From positions 26,497,460 to 26,561,459 of the forward strand of contig NC_069002.1 in the NCBI RefSeq assembly GCF_001194135.2: a stretch of DNA of 64,000 nucleotides, written 5' to 3'. Each line of letters starts with the position of its first letter. Position 1 is the first letter of the stretch. The position numbers and the translations under genes were made by a program. A model generated the notes under the pieces. The model had not been told where the DNA came from and ran no database searches. It was given only the letters and a program-made list of their open reading frames with translations. Below are positions 59,810 through 64,000 of the stretch, piece after piece. The DNA is from Octopus bimaculoides. Lineage: Eukaryota.

Positions 59810-60500
59810 TTAAGGTGGTGAGCTAGCAGAATTTTTAGCACGCTGGGCAAACTGCTTAGCGATATTTTGTCTGTCTTTACTTTCTGTGTTCAAATTCCAC
59901 CAAGGTCAACTTTGCCTTTCATCTTTTCGGGGTCGATGAAATAAGTACCAGTTATGCACTGGGGTTGATGTAATTGACTTATTCCATCCCCACAAATTTC
60001 AGGCCTTGTGCCTATAGTAGAAAGGATTATTATTATTATTAAGGTGGTGAGCTGGCAGAATCATTAGCACGCCAGGTGAAATGCTTAAGGGGATTTCATC
60101 GATTTTACATTCTGAGTTCAACTTCCGCCAAGTTCAACTTTGCCTTTCCTCTTGCGTGTGTGTGTGTGGGGGGGGGGTCAATGAAATAAGTACCAGTTAC
60201 ACACTGGGTCGATGTAATTGACTGGCCCCCTTCCACCCCAAGATTTTCAAGGCCTTGTACCTAAAGTAGAAATAATGACAATAATAATGATTATTGTTAT
60301 TATTATTATTATTAAAGTGGTGAGCTGGCAGTATTTCGTCTGTCTTTACATTCTGAGTTCAAATTCCATGAAAGCTGACTTTGCCTTTTATCTTTTCAGA
60401 GTCAATAAATTAAGTACCAGTTGCATACTGGAGTCAATCTAATCGATTGGACACCCTCCCCCAAAAATTTCAGGCCTTGTGCCTAGAGTAGAAAGGATTT
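59810..60500 (+). mobile_element. Three head-to-tail SINE C copies
   Basis: Heads at about 59813, 60042 and 60316, each preceded by the (ATT)n tail of the previous copy. Confidence 0.9.
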
Positions 60501-60518
60501 TTCTTCTTCTTCTTCTTC

Positions 60519-60568
<50 letters not shown>

Positions 60569-60668
60569 ATTGTTATTATTATTATTATTATTAATATTGT
60601 TATTATTATTATTATTATTAATATTGTTATTATTATTGTTATTATTATTATTATTATTATTATTAATA

Positions 60669-60721
<53 letters not shown>

Positions 60722-60722
60722 A
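60500..60722. repeat. (ATT)n with a higher-order ATTAATATTGTT-containing unit
   Basis: Direct reading. Confidence 0.9.
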
Positions 60723-61646
60723 CAGTAATTTAAGTATTACATTACTCTTACACAGTTAACCAGAAACTCTTGCTTTCTGTTTTAAAAGTGTTTAAATAAA
60801 CTTTCGGTTTTGTCTAACGAACATTTCGCTGAGGGTAGTGGTGCGTGGGTGGTGCGGGGAAGCTTCAGAATAATTTATCGAGGATATCCGAGTCTCTTTT
60901 TTTTTTTGATACACGGAAGCATTTCTTTCTGAGTTTTGTTGGGTTTTTTTTTCAAATTTTGCTTGCTTGTTTTTATTCGTTCATTTACAATTTATTTATT
61001 AATTTCCTCATTTATTTATTCAACATTTTCTTTTTACTGTTGGATTGTTTTTTTTTTTGTTTTTATTTTTATAGTGTCGGCTAGAAATAGTTGAGTTATT
61101 TTTCTTTTTAACAACTTATTTTCATGTCCAAATATTGATTGGATTTTCTTGTAATTGTTGTTGTTATTTTGTTCTGTTGAATCTCCAAGAACAATTATTT
61201 TTGTTATTTTGGAACTCGGCTACAGACATTCTATTCTTCAATACCCAAGAGTCTAGAAACTTGTTATTTCTTCAGTTTATTTTTATTATTTAATTTTTCC
61301 TAAGACCTAAGGCTTATTCAAGGATTTCATTGACTGTTTTCCTTTCTTGTATTCTCAGCTGGTCGCAGAAACTGAACTTAGATTCAAGAATATTTGACTC
61401 TCATTCCATTGTTTGATTTTTGTTTTTCTTTTGGCATTATTATTATCATTATCATCATTATTATTATTATTTTGTTATGTTTTGTGTTTATTGAACTAAA
61501 ATCGTCTACAACAAAATAATTCTTTATATTTCTTTAAGAATTTTCTCAGTCCTTAATATTAATTTAACAAAGATTTCCTTTCGACGTCTCGTACTTTGTT
61601 TAATGCAGTACTGATAATAAAGATGATGGTGATGCTGGCAGTAATG

Positions 61647-61683
<37 letters not shown>

Positions 61684-61714
61684 CAATGATTATAATAATA
61701 TTGATAAGAATAAT

Positions 61715-62190
61715 ATTGATAATGGGCTACAACAAATATTCTGCACAATACCGGAGATTTGCTTGTCAGTTGTTTGACCTTAACCAGTTAAGCATGTCCC
61801 TTGCTGGCTGACAATATGTGCATCTCTGATGATGAGCAGAAGTAGTGGGGGAGCATCATAGCCATGTGTTGAGAGGAATTTTTCAGGGTTTGGATAATTC
61901 ACCTCTGGTAACATGGTTGTTTCATTCAACATCCTTAAACAACCCTTATTCAGGGACCTTTTGAGCGGGATGGGCTATTCAACCTGCAAAAAACCCTAAC
62001 TAGGCCCCACCGCTAGGTCATGCGCTGTTTATCTTGATATGAGATTACCATATCATCACGCACATATGGCTATGATGCATGTGCCTGGTGTACCTTTCTC
62101 AGACAGGTAGTCAATATGGGAGATACTGGGCTTTGTATATTTGTACCCCAGTATCTCTTTGATGGCATGCACTGCTCTCTCACTCAATAA
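61715..62190 (-). mobile_element. GC-richer ~475-bp dispersed-repeat-like element embedded in (AAT)n
   Basis: Sharp compositional boundaries with (AAT)n on both sides; resembles a repeat I recall from Octopus DNA; single copy in this window. Confidence 0.5.
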
Positions 62191-62192
62191 TG

Positions 62193-62227
<35 letters not shown>

Positions 62228-63085
62228 TTCACATTTTGGCACAAGGCCAGCAATTTTGTGGGAGGGGATAAGTCAATTATATCAATCCCAGTGCTCATCA
62301 ACCCCAAAATGATGAAAGGCAAAGTCGACCTTGGCAAAATTTGAACTCAGAATGTATAAAGACATATGAAATGCCACGCAGCATTTTGCCCGGCATGCTA
62401 ACGATTCTACCAGCTCACCTCCTTAATCAGAATAATGATCTTTTCTACAATAGACACAAGGCCTGGAATTTGGTCGGGAGAGGACTGGTTTATTACATCA
62501 ACCCCAAAAGGATGAAAGGCAAAGTCAACCTCGGTGGAATTTGAACTCTGAACATAGCAATTGGTGAAATACCACTAAGCATTTTTGCCCAGCATGCTAA
62601 CGATTCTGCCAGCTCACCAGTTTGATAATAATAATAATAATAATCCTTTCTACTATAGGCACAAGGCCTGAAATTTGCAGGGAGGGGTTGAGTCGATTTC
62701 ATTGACCCCAGTACTCAACTGGTACTTAATTTATCGTTCCCAAAAGGATGAGAGGCAAAGTCAACTTCAGTGGAATTTGAACTCACAACGTAACGAAGGG
62801 CGAAATGATGCTAACGATCATGGTAGCAATAATGATAATAATATTAATAATAATAATAATGATAATAAGGATTTCAAATTTTTGCCACAAGAGAAGATTG
62901 AGGGAGGGGATTATGTCGATAACATTGACCCTAGTGTGTAACTGGTACTTATTTGATCAACCCCAAAAGGATGAAAGGCAAAGTCGACCTCGGTGGAATT
63001 TGAACTCGGAATGCAAAGACACATGAAATGCCTCTAAGCATTTTGCTCGGCACAGTAACAATTTCTACCAGCTCACCACCTTGAT
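62228..63085 (-). mobile_element. Four head-to-tail SINE C copies
   Basis: CCAGCTCACC heads at about 62420, 62618 and 63078, plus a truncated copy at 62640-62810. Confidence 0.85.
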
Positions 63086-63119
63086 GACAATAATAACAAT
63101 AATAATAATAATGATGATG

Positions 63120-63177
<58 letters not shown>

Positions 63178-63466
63178 TAATAATGTGATAACAATGATGG
63201 TAGCAATAATAATGATAAAGAGAATAATGATGATGATGAGGATGGTGATGATGGTGGTGATAGTGCTTCCTTTTAGAAATGTTGGATTAGCAAGGTTATC
63301 GGCTGAGCTTAAAGGCAAGACAAATAAATTGAAATGTAAGACGAGCATGGCTTTGGTTTAACTTCATTATCATTTTAAATATAGAAGCAATTTGCAAGTG
63401 CAATCATCTGTGTAAAATCCTTTGTTCCAATTACCACCACCACCACCACCACCACCCCACATTTTG

Positions 63467-63469
<3 letters not shown>

Positions 63470-63507
<38 letters not shown>

Positions 63508-63742
63508 GCGCAGATACACATGTGCACACACACACACACACACCTGGTGTGGAGTTGGAAAGTGTAAGTTAGTCATATGTATGTTTGTACATATGTGCAT
63601 GTGTGTGTGTGTGTGTGTGCATATGTGTGTGTACATGTGTGCGTGTACGTATGTGTGTGTGTGTGTGTGCATGTACGTGTGTGTGTGTGTGTGCATATGT
63701 GTGTGTACATGTGTGCGTGTACGTATGTGTGTGTGTGCATGT

Positions 63743-63782
<40 letters not shown>
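63470..63782. repeat. (CA)n/(GT)n compound microsatellite with internal higher-order duplication
   Basis: GCATATGTGTGTGTACATGTGTGCGTGTACGTATG occurs twice. Confidence 0.9.
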
Positions 63783-63859
63783 TTGACAGGAATGGTGAAG
63801 AAGTCGCATGCATACATGAACAACCGTTATGATGAAAAGGAAGAATAGAAGAAGAATGG

Positions 63860-63990
63860 CAGAGGGCAGAGAATGAGTAGCAGAATTGGTTGAATGCCAG
63901 ACTAAGATACCTTGCAGTATTTAGTTACAGAACTTTACGTTCTGAGTTCAAATCCTTGCCAAAGTTCACTTCACCTCTTGTCTTTCCTTA
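63860..63990 (+). mobile_element. SINE family C (diverged head)
   Basis: TTTACGTTCTGAGTTCAAATCC. Confidence 0.6.
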
Positions 63991-64000
63991 ATTGGTGCAG

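Noticed and set aside
61359-61397. Plus-strand acceptor followed by LVAETELRFKNI* as a terminal exon
   Set aside because: No upstream exon or polyadenylation evidence to link it.
4674-63848. Most long ORFs in the supplied track (YIYI, CVCV, HTHT, poly-I/N/D/L/Y, X-runs)
   Set aside because: They are translations of microsatellites or read through N gaps; no coding signal.

Overview
AT-rich, microsatellite-dense eukaryotic DNA from a gapped draft assembly; most N-runs are bordered by (TA)n. The repeat families resemble those I recall from Octopus genomes (inference, not a database hit). No complete protein-coding gene can be supported: most ORFs in the supplied track are microsatellite or N-gap artefacts. 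The window is dominated by retroelements: several tRNA-headed SINE families (my own labels A, C, F, V), RTE-type LINE 3' ends (B), four fragments of an R4/Dong-like RLE LINE, two Penelope GIY-YIG remnants, and at least seven hairpin/TIR elements. Most interesting observations: (1) a 2.1-kb ORF1-only (HAL1-like) L1/Tx1-type retroelement bounded on both sides by the SINE it interrupted, plus a young 482-bp insertion with a 17-bp TSD, an unrecognised open ORF and a related tail; (2) two repeat families carrying minimal Penelope-type hammerhead ribozyme motifs, one behind a tRNA-like Pol III promoter and one with a fixed core variant; (3) a tRNA-Asp pseudogene stretched to 247 bp by internal tandem amplification; (4) a CpG-retaining domain at about 37.3-44.4 kb next to a candidate minus-strand first exon, with a candidate 32-nt Asp-box exon further along the same strand. 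Repeat boundaries are read by eye and are approximate (about +/-20 bp) unless TSDs or TIRs are quoted.
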